DNA from: an uncultured delta proteobacterium
Lineage (GTDB): Bacteria; Desulfobacterota; Binatia; UBA9968
Reading direction: 5' to 3'
NCBI GenBank assembly: GCA_963816145.1
Contig: CAWFJP010000014.1
Location: 1-64,000 of the forward strand
Length of the DNA stretch: 64,000 nt
Shown one piece after another: positions 30,010-38,703 of this stretch. The position numbers were made by a program, and so were the translations under genes. The stretch's first letter is position 1. Each line of letters begins with the position of its first letter. The notes below the pieces were generated by a model. That model was not told where the DNA came from. It saw nothing but the letters and a program-made list of their open reading frames with translations, and did no database searches.

Positions 30010-31041
30010 TTACTTCGAGCTCGTGCCCTGCGCTGCGTAGGCTTTATCAATAAATCCATTTTCATCCAACCTTCGGATGATTCGGTTGTCGATGACGTTG
30101 TCGATCTTGACCTCGGCGATTTTCGGGTTGCGCAGAGCCATCAGCCGCTGCACGTTGCGCATGCCGTCGGCGGACGCGTAGGGCTTGCGGTCGACGGCGC
30201 GGTGCAGGTCGGCGTAACCTTCCTCGGCCGTCGCCGCGTCGATACGCAGCCGGCGCATGAACGTCTTGATGACCGTTGGCTTATTCTTCGGCGCCAGTGA
30301 AAAGGCGATGGCCTCGACCTGGGCTTTAAGAAGATTCTCCAACATCTCGGGCCGTTGCTGCACATACTTGCCCGGAACGACGATCGCCTGGCTGGTGTAC
30401 TGCTGCTTGAGTTCGGCATATTCGCCGGTGATGTTGAAGCCTTTTTGCTTCAAGCGCCGGCTGAAAACGCCGTCGAGCACCGCAGCGTCGATTGTTCCGT
30501 TTTCCAAGGCTTGCATCTGGATCGTCTGGTCGCCGATCACCTGGATTTGGATTTTATCGCGCTGGTCGTCGAGGCCGAAGTGTTCGAGCCAGAGCATGAT
30601 GCCCATCCACACCGTGCCGCCTATGCTGGTGACGCCGAAGCGTTTGCCGCGCAACTCCTCAGCTTTTTTGATCGACGAACGGGTGACGAGATCGTAGGTG
30701 TTGCGGCTGGAAAATGCCGCGATCATCTTCAAATCATGGCCGGCGGCGATGGCCGCAAGGGTCGCGCTGCCGCCGGTGCTGCCGATCTGAATGTCGCCCG
30801 AGGCGAGTCCGGCAACCAGGGTGGGCGCGCCGCGGATGAAAATCTGCTCCGAGTCGATGCCGTACTTGCTGAAGATGCCTTGCTCCTCGGCGATCCACAG
30901 CGGCATCACGCGCGCGCTCATTGCGGCGTAGCCGACCACGAGCTTCGATGCTGCGGCATCGCAGCCGAGTGGGGTGTAAAGGAAATGGCCGATGAACAGG
31001 ACGAGGAAGATCACGACGCATGTTGGATGGTTTTGTTTCAT
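30010..31041 (-). CDS. NMT1/SsuA-type SBP, tandem array copy 5
   Basis: Same motifs; start MKQNHP after GGAGG; the longer ORF reads through a repeat. Confidence 0.9.
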   Translation of the reverse strand: MKQNHPTCVVIFLVLFIGHFLYTPLGCDAAASKLVVGYAAMSARVMPLWIAEEQGIFSKYGIDSEQIFIRGAPTLVAGLASGDIQIGSTGGSATLAAIAAGHDLKMIAAFSSRNTYDLVTRSSIKKAEELRGKRFGVTSIGGTVWMGIMLWLEHFGLDDQRDKIQIQVIGDQTIQMQALENGTIDAAVLDGVFSRRLKQKGFNITGEYAELKQQYTSQAIVVPGKYVQQRPEMLENLLKAQVEAIAFSLAPKNKPTVIKTFMRRLRIDAATAEEGYADLHRAVDRKPYASADGMRNVQRLMALRNPKIAEVKIDNVIDNRIIRRLDENGFIDKAYAAQGTSSK

Positions 31042-31082
31042 GGCGTGTCCTCCGCGAGATTCAAACTTTTGGAATTCAGATC

Positions 31083-31163
31083 TCACCACGAAGGACACGA
31101 AGAACACGAAGTTCGGAAAATTATTTATCCGATCCCTTCGTGTCCTTCGTGCCTTCGTGGTGA
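31083..31163. repeat. Inverted-repeat hairpin element (CACCACGAAG..CACGAAG family)
   Basis: tcaccacgaaggacacgaagaacacgaag ... cttcgtgtccttcgtgccttcgtggtga; same family as the outer IR at 23371. Confidence 0.85.
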
Positions 31164-31223
31164 AAACATTCTTTCGTATCTTGTTGCTATCATGCCGCAC
31201 TTGGCACTTTGTGGTCAATTCTC

Positions 31224-32255
31224 TCATTTCAAACTGACGCCCTGAGCGGCGTAGGCGCGGTCGATGAAACCCGATTCGTCGAGCTTGCGCATGATGCGGT
31301 CGTCGATGACGTTCTCCACTTTAACGTCGCCCAATTTGGGATTACGTGGTTTCAAAATTCTCTGAATGTTACGCATGCCTTCCAAGGACGGGAATGGTTT
31401 GCGGTCGACGCCGCGCAGGAGATCTTGGTAGCCCTCCTCGGCGCCGGCGGCATCGGTCCTGAGCCGTTTCATGAGCAGCTTCAACACCGTGGGTTTGTTT
31501 TTGGGCGCCATGGCAAACGCCAAGGCTTCGACTTCGGATTTCAGGTAGTTTTCGGCGATGTCGCCATGGCGGGTGAGAAAGGTTTGCGGCACCACCATCG
31601 CTTGGCCGACGATGGGGGCTTTCAAGTCAGAATATTCGCCGAGCAGGTTGAAGCCTTTGGCGCGCAGCTGCTTACTGAAAACACCGTCCAGGCCGGCGGC
31701 ATCGGCGATGCCGGTTTCCACCGCTTGCATCTGCACTAACTGATCGCCGACGACCAGCAATTGAATGTTGTCGCGCTGGGGATCGAGGCCGAAGTGTTCG
31801 AGCCAGAACATCACGCCCATCCAGGAGGTGCCGCCGATGCTGGTGACGGCAATTTTTTTGCCGCGCAGATCTTCGGCCCGTTTGATGTTGGGCCGGGCCA
31901 TCAGATCGTAGCTGTTACGGCTGGAAAAACTGGCGATGACCTTGAAGTCATGACCGGCGCCGACTGCGGCGAGGGTGGCGCTGCCGCCGCTGCGGCCGAA
32001 GTTGATATCGCCCGACGCCATGCCGGCGACCAAGGTCGGCGCGCCGCGTAAAAAGACTTGCTGGGCTTGCAGGCCGTATTTTGCCAGGATCCCTTGCTCA
32101 TCGGTGATCCAAAGCGGCGCGACACGCGCGTTCATGGCGGCAAAGCCGATGACGATCTTGGTCGGCGCGGCCGCGGCGAAGGCCGAAAGAGACCACATAG
32201 AATAAATGGCTGCGGTGAGGATCGCGGTGAGTGCTTTGGAGTGAGTACGTTTCAT
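31224..32255 (-). CDS. NMT1/SsuA-type SBP, tandem array copy 6
   Basis: Same motifs; signal peptide. Confidence 0.9.
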   Translation of the reverse strand: MKRTHSKALTAILTAAIYSMWSLSAFAAAAPTKIVIGFAAMNARVAPLWITDEQGILAKYGLQAQQVFLRGAPTLVAGMASGDINFGRSGGSATLAAVGAGHDFKVIASFSSRNSYDLMARPNIKRAEDLRGKKIAVTSIGGTSWMGVMFWLEHFGLDPQRDNIQLLVVGDQLVQMQAVETGIADAAGLDGVFSKQLRAKGFNLLGEYSDLKAPIVGQAMVVPQTFLTRHGDIAENYLKSEVEALAFAMAPKNKPTVLKLLMKRLRTDAAGAEEGYQDLLRGVDRKPFPSLEGMRNIQRILKPRNPKLGDVKVENVIDDRIMRKLDESGFIDRAYAAQGVSLK

Positions 32256-32284
32256 TGTAACAAATAGTCCTTTCGGATTGATCT

Positions 32285-32492
32285 AACCACAAAGAGCACA
32301 AAGTTCACTTAAGTTAAAGATTGGGATTGCCGTTTGCTCCACAATAACTCGAACGCTATATCATGCCCGTGACTACGGAGTGGAAACTAAAGCAAGATAC
32401 ATTTGCACTCGTTGCGGCTGAATAGAATCATCTCTGATCCGAGGGCGCGATGTATCGCGCCCACACTTTGTGTCCTTTGTGCTCTATGCGGT
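32285..32492. repeat. IR element (CACAAAG units) enclosing a REP-like palindrome
   Basis: aaccacaaagagcacaaag (32285-32303) / ctttgtgtcctttgtgctctatgcggt (32466-32492); GGGCGCGATGTATCGCGCCC at 32443-32462. Confidence 0.6.
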
Positions 32493-32500
32493 CAATTCTT

Positions 32501-33349
32501 TTAATCTCGAAATCGTTCCAGCCAATGGCCGATGATTTCGACCATCTCCGTGGTGTGGCGGTTGTAGAAGTGATTGGCGCCGTCGACACGTTGATACATC
32601 GACCGGCCGCCGGCGGCGGCAACAATTTCTTGTGCGTATTCGTGAAAAAACGGCTGCTCGGCGCCGCCGGCGATCGCCAGCACCGGGCAGCCGACGTTTT
32701 TCGCGTGGGGCCGGCAGTCGTTGCCGTCATCCCGGCCGTATTTGTTCAAGTGGGTGCGCGCGGTGAAGAGCCCCGGATTGACGCCCACCGGCGCCATCAT
32801 CAGTTCTTCGCTTTTACCGTCGGCAACCATCCGCTCCGCCGCGGCGATCAGCTCGCGAAACTGCGGTTGGCGCGCGACGCGCTCCGAGTAGAACTGCTTG
32901 GGCGCCGAGCAGGCAACGATACTGGCTATGTCGCGGCGCTGCTGGGTGCCCTGGTAGATGATCGACTTGATGGCGCCGAGGCTATGGCCGATGAGAATGA
33001 AGCGCCGGTAGCCATGCTTCTTTAGAAAGTCGATGGCCGCGTCGAGATCGGCGACGCAATCTTCAAGATTCTCATAAGCAGCGCCGCCGAATTTCTGCAG
33101 ATTGCCCGCCCGCGCGATCCAATCATGGCCGCGCGTGTTGATGACGAAGCTATGATAACCGCGCTGCGCCAGCGCCTGGCCGAAGTTGAACAGCGGCGGC
33201 AAATAAAAATTCATCGCCACGCCATGGACGAAAATCAGGCCGAGATCGGATGCGCCGTGCGGCGGCGTGAGCAGCGCGCCGTGGAGCCGTTCGTTGTCGG
33301 CGGTTTTGAAGGTGTGGATTTGGGTGTGGTAGTTCATAAATAATTTCAA
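32501..33349 (-). CDS. Alpha/beta hydrolase
   Basis: IFVHG, nucleophile elbow GHSLG, DGANHFY. Confidence 0.88.
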   Translation of the reverse strand: MKLFMNYHTQIHTFKTADNERLHGALLTPPHGASDLGLIFVHGVAMNFYLPPLFNFGQALAQRGYHSFVINTRGHDWIARAGNLQKFGGAAYENLEDCVADLDAAIDFLKKHGYRRFILIGHSLGAIKSIIYQGTQQRRDIASIVACSAPKQFYSERVARQPQFRELIAAAERMVADGKSEELMMAPVGVNPGLFTARTHLNKYGRDDGNDCRPHAKNVGCPVLAIAGGAEQPFFHEYAQEIVAAAGGRSMYQRVDGANHFYNRHTTEMVEIIGHWLERFRD

Positions 33350-33422
33350 CGATTCTTATGATATGGGAGCTGGTGGGTGTCAAGTTGAGTGAAGCTGAAA
33401 CGCCGGCTAAGGAGATACGGGA

Positions 33423-33701
33423 GTGACTAGCGTTCGAACCTTGCACATAAAGTGGATGAAGGACGGCAAGTACCGCAAAGCCTACAAGGCTCGCGAAGGC
33501 GGGTTCGAGTTATCGCGAGCGGTGATTCAGGCTCGCTCCAACGCTGGACTTACGCAACAGCAACTAGCAAAACGTATGTCTACTACACAAGCCGTGATTG
33601 CGCGACTGGAAAGCGGCCGTAGTAGTCCATCGACTCAAACTCTTGAACGTTTGGCAGTGGCGACTGGAACTAAATTGAAGATCACGTTTGAACCAGCGTA
33701 G
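33423..33701 (+). CDS. XRE-family HTH protein (HigA-like antitoxin, orphan)
   Basis: GLTQQQLAKRMSTTQAVIARLESG..PSTQTLERLA. Confidence 0.85.
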   Translation: MTSVRTLHIKWMKDGKYRKAYKAREGGFELSRAVIQARSNAGLTQQQLAKRMSTTQAVIARLESGRSSPSTQTLERLAVATGTKLKITFEPA

Positions 33702-33821
33702 GTCAGCAGTTGATGGGAATGGTAATCCGTCGGTTATGATCGTTCCTGCCAATTCGCACTTTTACTCACCGCCGTTGCGCAAGTCTGCAAGGTCTGCCCC
33801 CTCAGCTGTAACCTTCTGAGT

Positions 33822-34382
33822 CTAGCCAAAAACCTCCGTCGCAGACACTTCGGCCCATGCCTGCTTGGGTTCGGCGTGCGGCTTCGTCCGACCTGTGAGC
33901 AGGTGAACCGACGGCTGCGTCCCCTTCTTCCACTCTGCAAGGACGACGCTCTTTGCCCGATGGTGCTTTGCAACCTGCCGTAACCGCTTAATTTCCGAGT
34001 CTATTGGCCAATCCGCATTCCCACCCTTTACTTGGAGAAGGATGATCTCGAAATAGTCTCCCCGCCTAATGACCCCGAATGTTTGACTGTGATCCTTTCG
34101 GATTGCGATCAAATCAACGATGCCTGTCGATTCTCCACCACGTGGGCCGAGAAACTCAACGATTTGCCATTTTACCCCGCTGTTTGTTCTCGTAATCAGC
34201 CACTTCGTCATCGTGACTGCCCAATCGTGGGAGTATCGAACCTTCTCTGTCGTCCTACGAGCCTTTCTGGTGATGGCCGCTAAAATAGCTGGCGCAACCA
34301 TCTTCGGAGACTTGGTTGGCTTTGCCTGTGCTCGGTTGGGCATCTTGGACTCTCGACTAATTTTCTGGACGGTGTTGCTCAT
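33822..34382 (-). CDS. Hypothetical protein with PD-(D/E)xK nuclease-like motifs
   Basis: GIVDLIAIRK ... IILLQVKGG. Confidence 0.6.
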   Translation of the reverse strand: MSNTVQKISRESKMPNRAQAKPTKSPKMVAPAILAAITRKARRTTEKVRYSHDWAVTMTKWLITRTNSGVKWQIVEFLGPRGGESTGIVDLIAIRKDHSQTFGVIRRGDYFEIILLQVKGGNADWPIDSEIKRLRQVAKHHRAKSVVLAEWKKGTQPSVHLLTGRTKPHAEPKQAWAEVSATEVFG

Positions 34383-34584
34383 GTTGGTTCAGCTTCCTTG
34401 CCACCACAGCCTCCGAAACGTGGGCAGACCGCCAGCCCAATTCTTGCTGCCGAGCAATTTGCCGCCCTTCTCGAAATACGGCAGCCGAATACAGAACCCG
34501 GCTCTGCATTCAGCAATAATTGGGAGGCTCCGAGTTCTCCGCTGAAATCAATTTCTTCGAGATCCTGAAAGTGAAAATCTTTAC

Positions 34585-35469
34585 TCATATTATAGAAGCC
34601 ATTACTTCGCAGGTCTGAAAATGCAGATCAACGACGTCTTCAATCTTGCGCGCGTAGCCACCGGCCATCACCACCGCTAATGGTACCTCAGGGAGAAAAT
34701 CCCGCACCATTTCATCTCTCAGTCTGATTCCCTCCCGGGTTAAAGAAAGGCCTCCCAACGCATCACCACGATGCACATCAACTCCCGCGAGATAAAAAAT
34801 CAGATCGGGTTTGAAAGAACTCCTGATCCGGTGCAGAGCCTTTTGCAGCAGTGCAAGATATTCCTCATCGCCACAGCCTGTTTCAAGCCCGACATCAAGA
34901 CGGCCCTTTTGTTTCACAGGATAGTTCTCCTGTTCATGCATCGAGAAGGTAAACACCGACCGATCTCGTCTGAAAATATGAGCGGTGCCATTTCCCTGGT
35001 GAACATCAAGGTCAATAATGAGAATTTGTTTCACCAGTTTTTCTTCTTGCAGCCTGCGGATTGCTACAGCGACATCGTTGACGTAGCAGAAGCCTTCAGC
35101 ATGTTCGGCAAAGGCATGATGAAAGCCGCCGCTCAGATTCATCGCCCGCCCTGTTTTCAAAGCTTCCCGGGCGGCCTGTAGTGTTCCCCCGCTTGCCAGC
35201 AAAATGGCGTCGACGAGTTCCTGAGTCAAAGGTAATTCGCTGTGTTTTGTAGATTCTGTCAGTCTCAGCGTCAGTAAATCATTGACGTATCTTGTCGTAT
35301 GCACCAGCAGCAGGTCGTCGCGATCCAAGGGTTGAGCGAGCACAAAATTTTCACCCGCAAATCGCCGGTCAGAACGCAGTTTATCGCGTAACATTGGATG
35401 TTTTTGAATTGCCAGAACATGCGGACCGATGTCGGGAAGATGGGTAGTGCAACAATCAATAAAGATCAT
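34585..35469 (-). CDS. Histone deacetylase family (class IV/HDAC11-like) amidohydrolase
   Basis: GGFHHA, GFCYVND, IDLDVHQGNGT, AGVDV..D.LG, MAGGY. Confidence 0.92.
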   Translation of the reverse strand: MIFIDCCTTHLPDIGPHVLAIQKHPMLRDKLRSDRRFAGENFVLAQPLDRDDLLLVHTTRYVNDLLTLRLTESTKHSELPLTQELVDAILLASGGTLQAAREALKTGRAMNLSGGFHHAFAEHAEGFCYVNDVAVAIRRLQEEKLVKQILIIDLDVHQGNGTAHIFRRDRSVFTFSMHEQENYPVKQKGRLDVGLETGCGDEEYLALLQKALHRIRSSFKPDLIFYLAGVDVHRGDALGGLSLTREGIRLRDEMVRDFLPEVPLAVVMAGGYARKIEDVVDLHFQTCEVMASII

Positions 35470-35744
35470 GCAGTTACTTTCTCTCGGCGTGGAACAATTC
35501 TTGCCCCGTCTTTGAGTTTTTCATAGAAAGCCCGAAATTCGGCGTTTGGTACGCGCAGGGTCTCATCAGTTGCGAACCGGGGTTTGAACGAAACCAGATA
35601 ATAGATGTCGATTTTTCCCTTGCTCTTTGCTTCAACGCCCCCCCGGTGCTCTGTGCCGAAAAAGTACCGAACTTTCTCAAAAAGATTGCCTGATATGTTA
35701 ATACCTCCGGGGGTGCCCGATGATTCGAGTCGCGAGGCCGTATA
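35466..35744 (-). pseudogene. C-terminal fragment of a class III adenylate/guanylate cyclase (not in the ORF track)
   Basis: Manual translation: TASRLESSGTPGGINISGNLFEKVRYFFGTEHRGGVEAKSKGKIDIYYL...VTA*; TGA overlaps the HDAC ATG; no start codon. Confidence 0.8.
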
Positions 35745-35928
35745 TGGATAGTCTTTTTAAACCACCTTTTTCTATGACCGGAGTCATATCGCCTGACCTG
35801 CGAGCCGTCAAGCGCACGAGTGTTGGTGAAATTGCGCTGTTGCTGTGATGGCGCTAGTCGATCCAAGCGACGCCGTGGGCTAGATTAGCGCGAGAACTGT
35901 AGATTGGCTTACGGAAAATACCGAAGCG

Positions 35929-36243
35929 ATTGCATGGATACGCTACGAAGACAGCCGGGGGATACGGCCAATTGAAGAATTCTTGGGATCGCTGAGCGAG
36001 ACAGACCGAGCCGTGGTAAAAGCAAAACTATTCTATCTCCAGGAGCGAGGGAACCAACTCCGATAGCCCATGTCGAAAAGCCTGGGCGCCGGTATTTTTG
36101 AGTTGAGGGTGCACGCCTTTTGGATCTTTTTCTGTTTTCGAAGCGGCAAACGGATCATGTTGCTGCACGCGTTTAGGAAAAAATCTCAAGCCACGCCCAA
36201 GCGGGAAATTGAAACAGTTCGACGAATAATGTTGGAGGTCTAA
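35929..36243 (+). pseudogene. RelE/HigB (gp49-like) toxin pseudogene
   Basis: WIRYEDSRGIRPIEEFLGSL...GNQLR*PMSKSLGAGIFELR...LLHAFRKKSQATPKREIE; in-frame TAG at 36064-36066; no in-frame ATG/GTG/TTG at the expected start. Confidence 0.8.
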
Positions 36244-36555
36244 ATGAAAAAGGGGAAAGCCGTAGCGTTGAATCTGAATCTACCTAAAGAAATGAAAAGC
36301 ACCCGGTTTGCCGCAGCATTTCAAAAGGAACTTAGCCGCAATCGATTGGCCGAGCAAATCGCCGCGTTGCGTCGGAAACAAGGCTGGACCCAAGCCGAGC
36401 TGGCGCGCAAAGTCGGAACTACGCAGTCAGGCATCGCGCGCCTAGAAAACCCTAACTATCAAAACTATTCTTTGAAAGCCTTAGAAAAAGTTGCCGCGGT
36501 GCTGAACGCGCGACTGATCGTGGGCCTCGAAGAAGTTCGAAAAAACGCGGCCTAA
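36244..36555 (+). CDS. XRE-family HTH antitoxin (HigA-like)
   Basis: WTQAELARKVGTTQSGIARLENPNY..YSLKALEKVA; directly follows the toxin stop. Confidence 0.87.
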   Translation: MKKGKAVALNLNLPKEMKSTRFAAAFQKELSRNRLAEQIAALRRKQGWTQAELARKVGTTQSGIARLENPNYQNYSLKALEKVAAVLNARLIVGLEEVRKNAA

Positions 36556-36635
36556 GGCGGGTCCTGTGAGTAAGAAGCTCTGGGGCAAATCTTTACTCCC
36601 CGCCCACTCGCTGTCTTCAGGTGACGAGTCTGAAA

Positions 36636-36793
36636 TTATCTCCCGCCATACTCCGCATTCATTTTCTCAAAGAACCCGCTGTCCTCGATTTGTCTTGACG
36701 ATGGTGCTGTCCATCAGATGTCCGACTTTTAGGCTGGCGATCTTGGAGTTCTGTTGTGCCAGTAACCGTTGCAGCGTGCGCGTGCCTTCCAGG
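36636..36793 (-). pseudogene. Degenerate copy of the 3' end of the SBP gene at 37547-38572
   Basis: tcccgccatactccgcattcat..ttctcaaa..ccgctgtcctcgat matches 37552 onward; LEGTRTLQRLLAQQNSKIASLKV vs LEGMRILQRLLAPQNPKIGSLKV, with a frameshift. Confidence 0.8.
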
Positions 36794-36895
36794 ATGTCTG
36801 TCTTCAGTCGAGTGGGGATTGTCTCTAGGCTTTGTTTTCGCTTTGCGATTATCCAGTGGTGCGGAGCCGCGCCCTTGTACGTCATTCCTAAGATA

Positions 36896-36924
36896 TTGCC
36901 GGTGATATCAATATTTGATAAAAT
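36896..36924 (+). promoter_or_regulatory. Sigma-70 promoter of parDE with overlapping palindromic operator
   Basis: TTGCCG-N17-TAAAAT; TATCAA-tat-TTGATA inverted repeat at 36906-36920. Confidence 0.6.
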
Positions 36925-36957
36925 TCGATAATCTCAATCGGAGCTAGGAGTAGAAAT

Positions 36958-37227
36958 ATGCCATCCAGTTATGCCGTTGGCGAACATTTCGAGCAGTTTA
37001 TCAGAGAGCAGGTGGACGGTGGGCGCTATGCCAGTGCCAGTGAAGTGGTGCGCGACGCGCTCCGTCTGCTGGAGCAGGAGCAGGAACAGCGCGCTTTGGC
37101 CGTACGCGCGCTGAAAGGCGAAGTAAAAAAAGGCTTGGCCAGCGGGCGAGGGCCGTCGGCCGAGGTTCTGCTCGAACGGCTTGAACGCAAATACTCCAAA
37201 ATGGCCGCAGAGCGGCGTAAGAAATAA
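36958..37227 (+). CDS. parD: Type II antitoxin, ParD family (RHH)
   Basis: SYAVGEHFEQFI..QV..GRYASASEVVRDALRLLE. Confidence 0.9.
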   Translation: MPSSYAVGEHFEQFIREQVDGGRYASASEVVRDALRLLEQEQEQRALAVRALKGEVKKGLASGRGPSAEVLLERLERKYSKMAAERRKK

Positions 37228-37511
37228 TGCAGGTTGTTTTTAGCCTGCAAGCCGAGATCGATCTTGAAGAAATCGGCGACTACATTGCCGCGGATAATCC
37301 AACGCGAGCGGTTTCCTTCATCGGGGAAATTCGCGAGCAGTGTATCCGGATAGCCGCGGCGCCGCTCGGTTATGTAGCACGTCCGGAACTAGGCGAGGGA
37401 CTGCGTTCATGTACTCACCAGAGGTATCTGATCGTCTTTCAATGTGCTGAAGATGAGGTACTTATCGTTCGGGTGCTGCACGGTTCACGTGACATCACCG
37501 CGCTATTTTAG
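37227..37511 (+). CDS. parE: Type II toxin, ParE/RelE family
   Basis: FSLQAEIDLEEIGDYIAADNP.RA, RPELGEGLRS, IVRVLHGSRD; TAATG overlap. Confidence 0.9.
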   Translation: MQVVFSLQAEIDLEEIGDYIAADNPTRAVSFIGEIREQCIRIAAAPLGYVARPELGEGLRSCTHQRYLIVFQCAEDEVLIVRVLHGSRDITALF

Positions 37512-37546
37512 TGAAAAATATCGGCTGCGCTATCATAGCTCCTAGC

Positions 37547-38572
37547 CTACTTCCCGCCATACTCCGCATTCATCTTCTCAAAAAATCCGCTGTCCTCGAT
37601 CTTCTTGACGATGGTCGAGTCGATCAGGTTTTCGACTTTGAGGCTGCCGATCTTGGGGTTTTGCGGCGCCAGCAACCGCTGCAGGATGCGCATGCCTTCT
37701 AGCGACACATAGGGCTTGCGGCCTTCTTCCAATCGCACAAGCGTCGCGACGTCTTGGTAGGCTCCTTCGGCGGCGGCGCTGTCGGTCATTCTAAATTGCT
37801 TGGTCAGCGTTTCCAGGACAACCTGTTTGTTTCTTGGATGGCCGGTGTAGAGCATGCCTTCGATGAGCGCCATCATGACGCCTTGCAGGGTATCGGCGTT
37901 TTGCTGCAAGTAGGGACGCTCGACTAAAACCGTCATGCCGACGGAAGGCAATCGGGTTTCTTCGCAGCGGCCGAGGACGGTGAAGCCTTTGCTTGCGAGA
38001 CGGCGGCTCAAGTAGCCGGGGACGACGGTGGCGTCGATCAAACCGGCTTCGAGGGACTGTGCGAGCACGGTGACGTCGCCGATGACGATCATCTGGATAT
38101 TGTCGCGCTTCTCATCCATGCCCAAATGTTCCAGCCATACCGTCGCGGTTTTCCAAACGCCGCCGCCGACGCTCTGCACGCCGAAGCGTTTGCCGGCGAG
38201 TTCTTTGGCGCTCTTGACATTGGGCCGGGCGACGATGTCGAGACTCTCGCGGCTGGAGAGGCTGGCGATGATCTTCATGTCGCGGCCGCCGAGCGTTGCG
38301 GCGATGGCGGTGGGGGCGCCGCCGTAGGCGATTTGGGTGTCGCCCGATACCAGCGTCGCGATCTGCGCCGGATTGCCGCGCACCCAGACGACTTTCGATT
38401 TGATGCCGTACTTGCCGAAGAAGTTTTGCCGCTGAGTGACCCAGAGCGGGATCGATGTTGTGCTCATGGAAGCGTGGGAGATGATGACCTCGCCGGGAGC
38501 GGCGGCGACGCTGTTGTGCGGTGTCATCGCGAACGCGATGATAAGGAATGCTATGCGGGTCAATCTTCTCAT
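37547..38572 (-). CDS. NMT1/SsuA-type SBP (orphan)
   Basis: PLWVTQRQNFFGKYG, LAGKRFGVQSVGG, IDSTIVKKIEDSGFFE. Confidence 0.9.
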   Translation of the reverse strand: MRRLTRIAFLIIAFAMTPHNSVAAAPGEVIISHASMSTTSIPLWVTQRQNFFGKYGIKSKVVWVRGNPAQIATLVSGDTQIAYGGAPTAIAATLGGRDMKIIASLSSRESLDIVARPNVKSAKELAGKRFGVQSVGGGVWKTATVWLEHLGMDEKRDNIQMIVIGDVTVLAQSLEAGLIDATVVPGYLSRRLASKGFTVLGRCEETRLPSVGMTVLVERPYLQQNADTLQGVMMALIEGMLYTGHPRNKQVVLETLTKQFRMTDSAAAEGAYQDVATLVRLEEGRKPYVSLEGMRILQRLLAPQNPKIGSLKVENLIDSTIVKKIEDSGFFEKMNAEYGGK

Positions 38573-38703
38573 TGCACCAGCCTCCCAGTTTTTGCTTTAA
38601 CCGACATCGTGTCGCGAAACCGGTTGGAATATAGCTGCAATCGATCGGAACCAAGCAAATTGAATTGGCTCAGTGAGCCGCTGCGGTGGAAGAAGTCGGA
38701 TGA

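Noticed and set aside
31042-31227. N-terminal extension of SBP copy 5
   Set aside because: It reads through the hairpin repeat; RBS and signal peptide support a start at 31041
35474-35866. 130-aa ORF from the track
   Set aside because: Wrong frame; the cyclase homology lies in a different minus-strand frame
36064-36066. Amber read-through or pyrrolysine in the toxin gene
   Set aside because: The start codon is also missing and other genes use TAG as a stop; simple pseudogenisation is more likely
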